Source: Verrucomicrobiales bacterium
GTDB taxonomy: Bacteria; Verrucomicrobiota; Verrucomicrobiia; Verrucomicrobiales; V1-33
Direction: 5' to 3'
NCBI GenBank assembly: GCA_031411295.1
Contig: JANOAV010000077.1
Location: forward strand, 15,295 to 79,294
DNA length: 64,000 bases
A program made the translations under genes and the position numbers. The notes below the pieces were generated by a model. It did not search any database. It was not told where the DNA came from and worked only from the letters and a program-made list of their open reading frames with translations. Shown in pieces: positions 10,881 to 21,345 of the stretch (positions within the stretch are counted from its first letter, which is position 1; each line of letters starts with the position of its first letter).

Positions 10881-13430
10881 TCACCACGTCCTGCGGAAGC
10901 GGAGGAAACCACGCCCAGCCATGGGTAAGGGAAACGTTGCCTCCTCCGCATCGCGTGTGGCAGGGGTAGTCAGCGTTTGCCATGCGTCACTCAGGGTGGC
11001 ATTCCACTCCGGCACCCAACCAGTATTTCCCGGCCCCATCAATTCCAGCCCATCCACCGTCTGCGTAAGGTTCACTGGTGGGGCCTCGTCGTCTCCATCG
11101 AGAACTTCCGAGTCGTCTTGATCGATGCTGTAATTCGATCCCATATAGGGCGGCACGCCGAGGAATGTCAGCACATCCTCCTGCTCCAGTCCTGCCAGCA
11201 ACTCCAGCTGCGTTAACCCCGGTTCGTCTTCCTGATCTCCATGCCAGCGCAGGTCTTCCCCGGACCAAAGGAACGCCTGCAAGCGGCCCTGCCAGCGGCC
11301 CCGGGCCACGGCATCCACCTGCCCCACGAGAGTGGCTTGTGCCTCCAGCGTGGAAATTTCAGCGCGCAGCGAATTGCTGGTTCGGTTTGTCAGGGTGACG
11401 GTGCGATTGAACCCCACCGCTGGAACCGTGCTCGTATCCATACATTGCAAATACGCCACCACATCGGCAAAATCCCCCGCTGTCAGGCCGGTATCCGCCA
11501 CGAGATGCACCAGCGGCAACACCGATTGACTGCCATCATGCAAATACCCGAAACCACTCAGCGTGCTGCCGGCCTCCGGGGTGAAATTTCCCCGCCGATA
11601 CAACGTGTGCAGTGGAGCCACGCGGAAGAATTGCGCAGAGCCCGTCAACGCTGGATCCGGCACGCTGTAGTTGGAGCCTCGCGTGCCCGCGTGACAAGTG
11701 GCGCACTTGCTGCTGCTGGCTTCAAATTTCGCTTTGCCGATCTCAGGGTTTCCTCCAGCCAGGCCAGTGGGCAGCGTGTTCTCCAGCTTGAGATTCGGGT
11801 TGGGTGGCAAATTCACGCTAACTAAATAATCCAACAGCAACTGCAACTCTGTAATCGGCAGCGGACTACCGCCTAACTTGTTGGCGAAATTTGAGTTAAT
11901 GGCCAGCAACCCGTGATCGCCCCGCCAGTTGTAGGGCGGAAAGGCGGCGGCACTCCGCAGTGTTGGCGTCAGCATGGGGCCCTTCATGGGATGATAGGAT
12001 CGGGTGCCCACCGTGGTCATTTCGCCAGCGGGATCACCCAGATCCCACGCCAACCCATCGCGATCTCCGTCGATGTGGCAGGACGCACACGACATGGTGC
12101 CATGGGCCGAGAGCCTGGCATCATAGAGATAGCCGCGGCCTTCGGCAATAAAGTCCGGCATCAACAGGCGACTTCCCGCAGGAACTTCCGCCAGCACAGA
12201 TTCCGTGCTGGTATCGATGACTGAAACGGAGTTCGCCATGCGATTCATCACATACAATCGGGGGCGCGATGGATGCAGCGCCAGTCCACGCGGCCCACGC
12301 ATCGCCTTCGTGTCAGCACCGGCCGGGCGCACATCCACCCGCGCCAGCACGGTGCCATCTGCGCCTAACTTGGCCACCCGATCTGATCCATACACCGCCA
12401 GCCAGCCATGCGAACCATCGGGTGCCCAGACCAAGCCCGTAGGCTGAGCCAGCGCCACGGCAGCGGTGGAAGGGTTCGGTGGTGCATTGTAATCCACGCC
12501 CGGATTGAGATTGAAGTTGGTTACCGAATTCGTTGTTAGGGAAATTTGTGCCACACGATTATCCACCGCGTGAGCCCGCAGGTTAGGCTGGAAGCGAACC
12601 GCATTGTGCGCCTCGGTATTGGCCACCCAGAGGTCGCCCGTCGTGGGATGCACCGCCAGATCGAAGAGATTCGTGCCCACGCCAGAGTGCCAGTGGATGA
12701 TTTGATTCGTGCCGGGATTAATTTCCGCCACATCGTGATCTGTCACGCTGTAATTCAATCGGGCGTCACCCGTGGCTACGATCAGACCCGTTTGCGGAGC
12801 GGGCGGCAGGGCGGCATTGGTTGGTGCAGGTGGAGCAGGAGCTTGGGCGGCGGGCAGCGTGGTAGTGCCATTTCCTGATAGCAAGCAAGCCACAAATACC
12901 CGCTGACCATCAGCACTGACCGCCAGAGCGCGCGGAAAATTTCCGTCCACCGGAATGGTGGCCGTTTCCACATGGGAGATGCCATCCAGCACCCGAATCA
13001 CCTGTGACTGCGCACAAGTCACGAAGGCTTTGCCTTGGGCGAACACGACATCGGCAGGTTCATCCGGCACGGAGATGGTATCCAGCACACAACGCCGACT
13101 CAGGGAAACAATGGATATGCTATCCGAAACTTCATTGACCACCCAAACCTCATCGGTGGTGCGCTGCCGCAAACTGACTGGCTCCAACCCAACGGGAATT
13201 TCCGCCACCAACACGGGCTCGGGATTAGCCGCATTAGAAATATCAAACACCGCCAGCCGCGCATGGGGCGTGTTCAGCGCCAGCAACTTCATGCCATCCG
13301 CCGACACCGCCACGGGATGCATCTGCCGACCCTCGAAATGCACGAAGGGAGAATGTGCCACCACCCTAAGTTGAAGGCAAGCCAGCACCAATACTACCCG
13401 TCCGAGCGAGCGAAATAAAGATATGAACAT
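10881..13430 (-). CDS. Secreted YVTN-type beta-propeller protein with a diheme cytochrome c (CcP/MauG-like) region
   Basis: Signal peptide; propeller repeats (IPVGLEP, VWVVNEVSDSISIV); CASCH and CATCH; KGPMLTPTLR; GYLHDGS. Confidence 0.85.
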   Translation of the reverse strand: MFISLFRSLGRVVLVLACLQLRVVAHSPFVHFEGRQMHPVAVSADGMKLLALNTPHARLAVFDISNAANPEPVLVAEIPVGLEPVSLRQRTTDEVWVVNEVSDSISIVSLSRRCVLDTISVPDEPADVVFAQGKAFVTCAQSQVIRVLDGISHVETATIPVDGNFPRALAVSADGQRVFVACLLSGNGTTTLPAAQAPAPPAPTNAALPPAPQTGLIVATGDARLNYSVTDHDVAEINPGTNQIIHWHSGVGTNLFDLAVHPTTGDLWVANTEAHNAVRFQPNLRAHAVDNRVAQISLTTNSVTNFNLNPGVDYNAPPNPSTAAVALAQPTGLVWAPDGSHGWLAVYGSDRVAKLGADGTVLARVDVRPAGADTKAMRGPRGLALHPSRPRLYVMNRMANSVSVIDTSTESVLAEVPAGSRLLMPDFIAEGRGYLYDARLSAHGTMSCASCHIDGDRDGLAWDLGDPAGEMTTVGTRSYHPMKGPMLTPTLRSAAAFPPYNWRGDHGLLAINSNFANKLGGSPLPITELQLLLDYLVSVNLPPNPNLKLENTLPTGLAGGNPEIGKAKFEASSSKCATCHAGTRGSNYSVPDPALTGSAQFFRVAPLHTLYRRGNFTPEAGSTLSGFGYLHDGSQSVLPLVHLVADTGLTAGDFADVVAYLQCMDTSTVPAVGFNRTVTLTNRTSNSLRAEISTLEAQATLVGQVDAVARGRWQGRLQAFLWSGEDLRWHGDQEDEPGLTQLELLAGLEQEDVLTFLGVPPYMGSNYSIDQDDSEVLDGDDEAPPVNLTQTVDGLELMGPGNTGWVPEWNATLSDAWQTLTTPATRDAEEATFPLPMAGRGFLRFRRTW

Positions 13431-13540
13431 GGCAGACGGTGTAGCACGCTGCCGCGCCTCTTGGAAAGTAGTAATTTACACCCGCCAAATTTCCGCTTGG
13501 CAAGCATCGGGGCCGCGTGCAGTGGCATAGCCATATGGGA

Positions 13541-14491
13541 ATGACGGAACAAGCTGCGATTTACCACTTTCTGCCCCTGACACGCTATCGTGGGGCGGGC
13601 CCGTTGTTGGCGGACCTGTTGGGCCGGGGGATCACGCCAGTATTGGATTTGGAGGACAGTGTGCAATGTGTCTTCGACCCCGAACGGAACCTGCAGCTTA
13701 AGGAGCAAGCGCGTCATGGCCTCCGCCAGTTGGCTCCTATTCTGGCTGCGCAGGGAGTGGCCCCTGGGCAGATCATGTTGCGGATCAATCATGCCGAGAC
13801 TCCGCACTATGCGGCTGACCTGGCGGTCGTGATTGATTGCTTTGCGGAAGGATTTATTCCGGAAATTCTCCTCCCAAAGGTCGCGCAACCGGAAGACCTC
13901 CTGGATTGCCAGAACCGCCTCCAGTCCGCCACCAGCCACGTGGTGCGCATTAGCCCACTAATCGAAAGCGTTCCAGGGATCGCACGACTAAACGAGATTC
14001 TGGCGGCCCCGGCTCCCGGCAGCGGAGCGGTTTTCGGTTACTTTGACTATGCGGTGGACGCGGGCCATTGGCCGATCAACAGCCAGTTCTCCCCGGAGTT
14101 CTGGAAACTAGTCTTACATATTAGAGAGGTCATTGAGCAGAGCGGCGTGCGTTACATTCATCCGCCCTATCCACACCTCACGGATGAGGTCGGACTGCTA
14201 AGAATCAAGTCGATGCTGCAGGCGACAGGTTCGGCGGCCTTTGGCATCTGCTCGCTGAGCACTGCTCAGAGCGCCGTGCTGGAGCGGTCGGTGCCTGCTG
14301 CGCTCATGAGATACGAGTCCTCAGCATTCCAGGAAACTGCGGCCAGCTTCCGCGCCCGTGCCGAGTGGGTGGTGGAGTTGTTCGAATTTGGTCGGGCCCA
14401 TAAACGTAGTTTCGCCATCTCCGAAGGGTATTTTATTTCCCCGCATGAATATTGGCTGGCCAAACGCTTTCTCGAAAGGACTCCCGCGTGA
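13541..14491 (+). CDS. HpcH/HpaI aldolase / citrate lyase beta (CitE)-family protein
   Basis: LDLEDSV, LRIN, ILLPKV, PLIES..G, FGYFDY. Start could also be 13535. Confidence 0.8.
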   Translation: MTEQAAIYHFLPLTRYRGAGPLLADLLGRGITPVLDLEDSVQCVFDPERNLQLKEQARHGLRQLAPILAAQGVAPGQIMLRINHAETPHYAADLAVVIDCFAEGFIPEILLPKVAQPEDLLDCQNRLQSATSHVVRISPLIESVPGIARLNEILAAPAPGSGAVFGYFDYAVDAGHWPINSQFSPEFWKLVLHIREVIEQSGVRYIHPPYPHLTDEVGLLRIKSMLQATGSAAFGICSLSTAQSAVLERSVPAALMRYESSAFQETAASFRARAEWVVELFEFGRAHKRSFAISEGYFISPHEYWLAKRFLERTPA

Positions 14492-15252
14492 AACCCCAGT
14501 GCCTTGCCATCATGGGCGGCTGTCTCAACACTGGATTTAATCTGGTGCCGCTCAATTCACTCTACCACCGCATCCTGGTGAAAGCCTTGCAGGCAACGCT
14601 GGAGGCGCCTGTGCAGGTGCGACTGGGGCGCATGGAGAGCAGTCAGATGGCAGTCATGCAGGAACAGGCGCTGGCCCTGCTGGACGAGAGTCAGGCGGAT
14701 CTCCTGATCGTGCAACTGCGGCCGGAAATGCTCTGGGGATTGTTTAGTCAGGTTTGGCTAGCACGCAGCGGCTCCGGCTTGGCCCGGCTCCGCCGTAATC
14801 CTCACGCCCAATACGGGCCGCGGTGGCCAGTGGGATTGGAGGAAGGCCTGACTCCGATGATGAATCGTTTCCATGTCCCCAATCTCTGGTTAGGGAGAAT
14901 CTGCGGCCTGGAGCATACTGGCCTGGCTTTACTCACCGGATTGATCACCGCTGTGCGAGACGCGGCCCGAGCCCGGGGTGCGGAATTAGTGCTCTTCAGC
15001 CCGATCTTTGGAGAAATCTATCACCCCACTTTCCGCCGCTATGTGGCGAAGCGCATCCTGCCCGTGCTGGGTCAATTGGAGGTGGCCATCATTGATCTGC
15101 TGGGCTCGCCCGCGCTGGGTGAACCCTCCTGTTGGGTGGGCGACGGTTATCACCTGAATGCCAACGGTCATCAGGAGGTGGCACGCCTCACGCAGGCCAC
15201 GGTGGAACCGATTCTACGGGCCAGGTTGGCCCAAACGGAAACGGATGGTTAG
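14488..15252 (+). CDS. SGNH/GDSL hydrolase-like protein
   Basis: DGYHLNANGH (block V); block I reads IMGGCL; GTG start overlaps the upstream TGA. Confidence 0.65.
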   Translation: MKPQCLAIMGGCLNTGFNLVPLNSLYHRILVKALQATLEAPVQVRLGRMESSQMAVMQEQALALLDESQADLLIVQLRPEMLWGLFSQVWLARSGSGLARLRRNPHAQYGPRWPVGLEEGLTPMMNRFHVPNLWLGRICGLEHTGLALLTGLITAVRDAARARGAELVLFSPIFGEIYHPTFRRYVAKRILPVLGQLEVAIIDLLGSPALGEPSCWVGDGYHLNANGHQEVARLTQATVEPILRARLAQTETDG

Positions 15253-15324
15253 CGGTTAGCCCCAAGCGGCTCAAGCTCCGACAGAACCTTGACTATGTGA
15301 CAGTGGAAGCAGCAACTCTCCGAC

Positions 15325-17121
15325 TTACCCAACCGGAGCTTCGGCCTTCTTTTCCTTGTGGGTGCTCTGGATATAAAGCTCGCGGAGTTGTTTGAAGTCC
15401 ACGGCCACGGGGCTTTCGGCCATGAGGTCAGCTCCTTTGTTGTTCTTAGGGAAGGCGATGACTTCACGGATGCTGTCTTCACCACTAACCAACATGGCGA
15501 CGCGGTCCAATCCCAGCGCCAGGCCACCGTGCGGGGGCGCGCCGAATTTGAAGGCGTCGAGGAGGTGACCGAATTTCTCTTCTTTTTTCTCTTCGGTCAC
15601 GCCTAACACCGTGAACATTTTCGACTGAAGTTCGCGTTCGTGGATCCGAATGCTGCCGCCACCGAGTTCGTAGCCGTTGAGGACCACGTCGTAAGCTTCG
15701 GCCCGCACTTTGCCGTAGTCACCTGCGTCCAGCAGCGCCACGTCCTCCGCCTTGGGGCGGGTGAACGGGTGGTGCACTGCGACCCAGTGGCCGTCTTCTT
15801 CGCTAAAGGCTAACAGTGGGAAATCGACGACCCACAGGAAATTGAATGCGGTGCTGTGCTTGGTTAGCTCCTGCATGGAAGCCGCTTCCAGGCGCACGCG
15901 ACCCAGGATGGTGCTGACCAATTCCCAAGCACCTGCCACGAAGAAGACCAGATCCCCTTCTTCAATGTTCATCGTCTTGGTGAGGTCCGCCTTTTCTGCA
16001 TCCGTGAAGAATTTCCAGAGCGGGGACTTAATTTCCCCACCTTCCGCCTTGAGGAAGGCGAGCGTCTTCACAGGCAATCCGGCTTGGATGGCAATTTCGT
16101 TTAAGCGGTTCATCTGGCCGGTGGTGATGCCGGCAAAGCCTTTGCAGTTAATGGCTCGCACGATGCCGCCGCCATCCAGCGTGCTGCGGAAAATCTTGAA
16201 TTCGGTCTTGGCGAACACCGCTCCGATATCCGTGATCTTCATGTCGAAACGCGTGTCCGGTTTGTCGGAACCGTAGTCGTCCATCGCTTGCTGGTAGGTC
16301 ATTTGCGGGAACGGACGGGGCACGTCCTGACCCGTGCCGACCTTGAACATATCCACCAGCAATCCTTCGACTAACGTCACTATGTCCTTCTGCTCGATGA
16401 AACTGGCTTCGATATCGATCTGGGTGAATTCCGGTTGGCGGTCCGCGCGCAAATCTTCGTCGCGGAAGCAGCGGGCGATTTGGAAATATTTCTCCAGCCC
16501 GGCCACCATCAGGAGTTGTTTATACTGCTGCGGTGCCTGCGGCAGTGCGTAAAATTTACCGGGATTCAATCGGCTGGGCACCAGGAAGTCACGCGCACCT
16601 TCGGGCGTGGGATTGGAAAGAATCGGTGTTTCCACTTCGATGAATCCAGCCTGATCCAAGTAGTTGCGGGCCGCGGTGGTAATTTTATGGCGCGTGCGGA
16701 TGTTGCGGTTCATGCGTTCCCGACGCAGGTCAAGGAAACGATATTTCATCCGCAGGTCTTCGTTAGAGAGTTCCCGGTCCAACTGGAACGGTAGCACTTC
16801 GGCCTTGTTCAGCATCGTCAGCGCGTTGGCCACAATTTCAATTTCTCCGGTGCCAAGCTTGGCGTTCTCGGTGCCAGCGAGACGAGCTGCCACTTGGCCA
16901 GTAATTTGGATGACGTCTTCATCGCGCAGTTTCTCCGCCAGCGTTAGCGAGTCGGCATTTTCTTCGGAACGGAAGACGACTTGGGTCAGACCTTCACGAT
17001 CCCGCAGGTCCAGGAAAATCACGCCGCCCTGATCCCGCACGGTATTGACCCAACCGCACAAGGTGATAGTCTGACCAATGTGGGCGGGGCGGAGTTCGTT
17101 GCAATGATGGGTGCGATACAT
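15325..17121 (-). CDS. aspS: Aspartate--tRNA ligase
   Basis: MYRTHHC, PEGARDFLVPSR, YFQIARCFRDEDLRADRQPEFTQIDIE, GAPPHGG, VIAFPK. Confidence 0.99.
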   Translation of the reverse strand: MYRTHHCNELRPAHIGQTITLCGWVNTVRDQGGVIFLDLRDREGLTQVVFRSEENADSLTLAEKLRDEDVIQITGQVAARLAGTENAKLGTGEIEIVANALTMLNKAEVLPFQLDRELSNEDLRMKYRFLDLRRERMNRNIRTRHKITTAARNYLDQAGFIEVETPILSNPTPEGARDFLVPSRLNPGKFYALPQAPQQYKQLLMVAGLEKYFQIARCFRDEDLRADRQPEFTQIDIEASFIEQKDIVTLVEGLLVDMFKVGTGQDVPRPFPQMTYQQAMDDYGSDKPDTRFDMKITDIGAVFAKTEFKIFRSTLDGGGIVRAINCKGFAGITTGQMNRLNEIAIQAGLPVKTLAFLKAEGGEIKSPLWKFFTDAEKADLTKTMNIEEGDLVFFVAGAWELVSTILGRVRLEAASMQELTKHSTAFNFLWVVDFPLLAFSEEDGHWVAVHHPFTRPKAEDVALLDAGDYGKVRAEAYDVVLNGYELGGGSIRIHERELQSKMFTVLGVTEEKKEEKFGHLLDAFKFGAPPHGGLALGLDRVAMLVSGEDSIREVIAFPKNNKGADLMAESPVAVDFKQLRELYIQSTHKEKKAEAPVG

Positions 17122-17200
17122 GATGGATGGTGGTGATTGAAAAATGGGAATTCGCAGCAAAGGAGGAAATGGGTCGCTGCGGGGAAACGCGGTTGGGCTG

Positions 17201-17222
17201 ACGGGCAAGATGCCCGTGCCAC
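17201..17222 (-). repeat. REP-like palindrome GTGGCACGGGCATCTTGCCCGT
   Basis: acgggcaagatgcccgtgccac hairpin with GTGG foot, intergenic between murI and aspS. Confidence 0.7.
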
Positions 17223-17283
17223 GGGGGGCGGGAATTTGCCCGAGGCGGGCGGGATTGCAACTAGGGAAATCAGGCCGCCGCCA

Positions 17284-18090
17284 TCATGATAAATGAGGAC
17301 TATGGAGGATCGCCCCGTGGCCTGGCCAAAGCACGTCCCAGGCCTTGGTGGTGGCGGCTTCCGGAGCGGAAGTATAGAAAATTTCACGCCCAGGCACCTC
17401 CGTCGTCTGGAGCAGCCCGGCAGAGTGGAGCCGACTGGCCACCTGCCGTGCGACGGCCGCTCCGGTATCAACTAACGTGACCCCGGGGCCAGCAATCTCC
17501 TGGATCAGCGGTTTGAGGAACGGATAGTGGGTGCAGCCCAGCACAATCGTGTCCGCCCCGGCCTCCAGCAAAGGGTGGACAAAGTGGGCGACGAGTTTTC
17601 GGGTCTCCGGGGAATCCAAGTCCCCAGCTTCCACGCATTCGACCAAGCCCGGGGCCGGTTGCGTGACTACGCGCACGCCGCTGGCGAACTTGTCCAGCAA
17701 TCCGGCAAACTGAGCGCTCTGGAGCGTCCCCACCGTGGCCAACACGCCGACGATGCCACATTTGGTGGCAGCTACGGCAGGTTTGACGGCCGGTTCCATG
17801 CCAATGATGGGGACCGTGGGATAATCCTGGCGCAGACACCGGGAGGCTCCGACGGTGGCGGTGTTGCAGGCGATCACGACCGCCTTGCACCCCTGCTGGA
17901 GCAGAAATTTCGCCAAGACCCGACTCCGCTCCACGATGAACTCGGGAGATTTGTTGCCGTAGGGGACGTGATGGCTGTCGGCCACGTAGAGTAAATTTTC
18001 CCACGGCAACTGCTCGCGGATTTCCCGGAGCACGGAAAGTCCACCCACTCCGGAATCGAAAATGCCTATAGGAGCCGCAATTTTTAGCAT
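17284..18090 (-). CDS. murI: Glutamate racemase
   Basis: IGIFDSGVGGLSV, PYGNKS, IACNTAT, LGCTHYP. Confidence 0.98.
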   Translation of the reverse strand: MLKIAAPIGIFDSGVGGLSVLREIREQLPWENLLYVADSHHVPYGNKSPEFIVERSRVLAKFLLQQGCKAVVIACNTATVGASRCLRQDYPTVPIIGMEPAVKPAVAATKCGIVGVLATVGTLQSAQFAGLLDKFASGVRVVTQPAPGLVECVEAGDLDSPETRKLVAHFVHPLLEAGADTIVLGCTHYPFLKPLIQEIAGPGVTLVDTGAAVARQVASRLHSAGLLQTTEVPGREIFYTSAPEAATTKAWDVLWPGHGAILHSPHLS

Positions 18091-18149
18091 AGGCCGCAGT
18101 CCATAGCACAAAAAAAATGAAAAACAGCTCAAAATATGGCAAACGAGTA

Positions 18150-18179
18150 TTGACATGGCGTAGGCAAATCCCTTAGTCT
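18150..18179 (+). promoter_or_regulatory. Candidate sigma70 promoter
   Basis: TTGACA-N18-TAGTCT upstream of the 18248 ATG in a divergent intergenic region. Confidence 0.5.
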
Positions 18180-18247
18180 CCGGTATGTGCAATGTAAATC
18201 TTGCACCCTCCCCTGCCCACTGTATCTCATCCCACCCCATCCCTCGT

Positions 18248-21200
18248 ATGAAAACGCCTCTTGGTTCACTGGCTCGCTTAGGCTTGTGTGCGCTCAGCAT
18301 GCTCGTTTCGGTCTTCACTAGTTCTGCGGCTACCCTAACGCCGCTCATCGAAAGTGGTGACACTTGGAAATATTTGGACAACGGCACCAATCAAGGCACC
18401 GCATGGAAGGCCGTCGCTTTCAATGATGCGGCTTGGAGTTCGGGGCAGAGCAGTTTTGGCTACAAGGTAGATACGGCGGTCACGCCAAATACCTGGACGT
18501 CCAATGGGGCTACCACCAAGCTGAATTTTAGCGCTGGGAACAACCAGCCGAGCGCGAAATACATCACGACTTATTTCCGGAAATCGTTCACCCTAAGCAG
18601 CCCCGCGTTCACTTCGCTGATTCTGGGCATGAGATGGGATGACGGCTACGTGATTTATGTTAATGGCACCGAGATTAAACGGGAAAACCTACCGACCAAA
18701 GTGTCTTTGGATCCGGTGTTATATACCACGCCAGCATCATCTGCCATCAACGTGCTTGCAGGATTCACCTACTTCAATGTCGATCTCCTGACCGTCAACC
18801 CTTTCGTTACCGGAGCCAACGTGGTGTCGGTGGAACTGCACCAGCAAGCCCCTACCAGTTCAGATGTATTTTTCGACATGATTATGACCGGCTCCACCTC
18901 GCCACCATGCTTCGGGGAGGCCACGATTGGGGCCTATCAGGATTTCCAGGGGGATTTTGACAGTCCGACCGCCGATCACAAGACCTTCCTCCGCGGGATC
19001 GGTCAGACGCAGATGCAGTATGATTTTGAATACCACGATATCAGTGCGACCCAGACCGGCTATAACACGCCCCAGCTTTACGGCTCTTTTTACGGCAGCG
19101 ATAACCGTCAACTCCAGTTCAAACGGAACACCTCGTTTACTTTCTTCACGGAGCGGTTGGATGCGCAGAATTTTGAGAACATTCAAGCCAGTTTGCAGCT
19201 TCGCACGGAGAATGATAAAACCGCGTCCTTGGTTCTGCCCTGGGGGTCGGATGATTACATCAAGGGTTCCATTCAGGTGAGCAGTGATGGGGTTGGCTTC
19301 ACGGACATTCCCTGGTTCAAATATCAGGCGAGCCCCACTTCTACCGTCCTAAGGACTTTGGTGGAAGACACTGCGGCCGATTTCTGGCAGGTTCCGGCCA
19401 TTGCCGCCGTGCCTCCGGCGGCATCGGTGGTGACCAATGCCACCAATGCCACTCCCATTGTGATTACGACGGCAGCAGCGAATACTTTTGTCACTGGTGA
19501 TTACGTGACCATTGCCGGGGTGCTGGGGAATACGGCTGCCAACGGAACGTTTCCAGTCACCGTGGTGAACAGCACCAGCTTCAGTCTGACGGGAAGTGTT
19601 GGCAATGGGGTCTCAACCTTTACCGTAACCGGGGCCACCAATGCCAACCCCATCGTCATCACCACCAGCGTCGCCCACCCGTTTGTGACTGGAAACAGTG
19701 TCATCGTTCGTAATGTTGCTGGAAATACCGCCGCCAACGGAACGTTTACGATCACCAAGCTCACGGCCACGACCTTTAGCCTGACTGGGGCCGTGGGAAA
19801 TGGAACCTTTACCGGAACTGCGGGAACAGTCGGAGGCAACGCCTCCGCCACTCGTGCGGTGGGTGTTAACAATCGCTACAATCCAAGCGATTGGTTTGCC
19901 TTCAAACCCACCCTTTGGCCGTCCTTCAACACCGCACCCGTGCAGGGCACCCAGTCAGCTAATTTTTGGCGGGCCGGAAATCTTACGGCCACGACTGTCA
20001 AGGGTGGAATTGGCTACGACAATAATGTCGCTGGAGTGGACTACACCCCATTCCTGGACGCCGGCAGCAGCCCGACGGTCAAAACGGACATGTTCAACAA
20101 AGAATCCCGGGTGAATATTCGGATTCCCTTCACGGTGCCGAACGATGTCACCATCAACGCCATCACCAAGGTTGAATTGTGGATGCGTTTTGACGATGCC
20201 TTTGGAGCTTGGCTGGCAAGCGACCTCAACGCAACGTCGCGTGCTGGAGTTAAACTGGCGGGCGAAGGTGAACCCGCGTCTGACACCGCAGTTCCTGCGG
20301 GAAGGGACGACGCCACCTCCATCATTTACAAAGCCTATGACATCACCACGTTATTCAAAGCCAACGCCATGTCCGGCCTGAACAATGTGCTTTGTATCCG
20401 GGGTTACAACGCGGGGATCAGCAGTTCGGACTTGCTCATGCAGTCTAAAATCATCATCTCTGCCCCTAATCCCGCCCCGGATCCCAATAGCCCGGCCGTT
20501 TTGGAACTCACCAATCCCCCGCCGAACACCCAGATGACGACGTTGACGACGCCACTTGGACTGATCCCCAATGGCATCCGCACCATGAGAATAAAGCTCG
20601 AGGGTAACATCGTGGGAGACCCCAGCGAAAACGATTACCAATACTGCTATTTCGATAACCTCATCACCAGAGGAGATGCGAAATCCGCCAAAGATCTCGG
20701 CAGCACCTTGGCAGTGCAGTTACCGCCTGCGCTCTACACGTTCGAGCAACGCCAACCGCTGGCGGATCCAGACGGAGACGGAATTCAGAACCTGCTCGAA
20801 TATGCCTTCGGTGGACACGCCGCCCAAGCCAATCGGTTTACGGTCCTGCCAACGTTGGAAACCGTCAGCCTCCTGCCGCAGATTACGAGCACTGCGGGGG
20901 GCTACATCACCATGCAGTTCCGGATTCTGGCCGGACAGGTCGAGCCTTCGGACATGAATAACTTCGGCTACCTCACCGTTAACGACCTGCGGTATGTTCC
21001 TGAGGGGACAGCCAATCCACAAGGTGTCAACGGGGAATCCGACTGGAGAAACAGCCAATTCACCCTTGTCGGAAACATCGAGAACAACGAAGACGGCACG
21101 CAGCTAGTGACCATTCGCAGTAAAGTGCAATACATTGCCACCGCCAACAGCGGCACCACCACTCCCCGGTTTTCCTTCCGCGTAAGGGTCGATTCGTTGC

Positions 21201-21250
21201 GGGACCCTTGGTTGAACCCACCAGGATCTGCGTGTCCTTTCCCCGAATAA
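18248..21250 (+). CDS. Large secreted protein: two galactose-binding-like domains, two internal ~63-aa repeats, C-terminal DxDxDG...FRV domain
   Basis: Signal peptide; WKYLDNG...TTYFRKSF...WDDGYVIYVNGTE...VELHQ; second copy GGIGYD...RIPFT...MRFDD; DPDGDGIQNLLEYAFG. Confidence 0.8.
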   Translation: MKTPLGSLARLGLCALSMLVSVFTSSAATLTPLIESGDTWKYLDNGTNQGTAWKAVAFNDAAWSSGQSSFGYKVDTAVTPNTWTSNGATTKLNFSAGNNQPSAKYITTYFRKSFTLSSPAFTSLILGMRWDDGYVIYVNGTEIKRENLPTKVSLDPVLYTTPASSAINVLAGFTYFNVDLLTVNPFVTGANVVSVELHQQAPTSSDVFFDMIMTGSTSPPCFGEATIGAYQDFQGDFDSPTADHKTFLRGIGQTQMQYDFEYHDISATQTGYNTPQLYGSFYGSDNRQLQFKRNTSFTFFTERLDAQNFENIQASLQLRTENDKTASLVLPWGSDDYIKGSIQVSSDGVGFTDIPWFKYQASPTSTVLRTLVEDTAADFWQVPAIAAVPPAASVVTNATNATPIVITTAAANTFVTGDYVTIAGVLGNTAANGTFPVTVVNSTSFSLTGSVGNGVSTFTVTGATNANPIVITTSVAHPFVTGNSVIVRNVAGNTAANGTFTITKLTATTFSLTGAVGNGTFTGTAGTVGGNASATRAVGVNNRYNPSDWFAFKPTLWPSFNTAPVQGTQSANFWRAGNLTATTVKGGIGYDNNVAGVDYTPFLDAGSSPTVKTDMFNKESRVNIRIPFTVPNDVTINAITKVELWMRFDDAFGAWLASDLNATSRAGVKLAGEGEPASDTAVPAGRDDATSIIYKAYDITTLFKANAMSGLNNVLCIRGYNAGISSSDLLMQSKIIISAPNPAPDPNSPAVLELTNPPPNTQMTTLTTPLGLIPNGIRTMRIKLEGNIVGDPSENDYQYCYFDNLITRGDAKSAKDLGSTLAVQLPPALYTFEQRQPLADPDGDGIQNLLEYAFGGHAAQANRFTVLPTLETVSLLPQITSTAGGYITMQFRILAGQVEPSDMNNFGYLTVNDLRYVPEGTANPQGVNGESDWRNSQFTLVGNIENNEDGTQLVTIRSKVQYIATANSGTTTPRFSFRVRVDSLRDPWLNPPGSACPFPE

Positions 21251-21345
21251 AGCCTCCTGCTATAATTTCCTACCTTTTTCCTTGCGTAACTGCACATGTA
21301 AATGCATTGTAACTACAGGGCATTAATTCGCAACCTACCCTTTCC

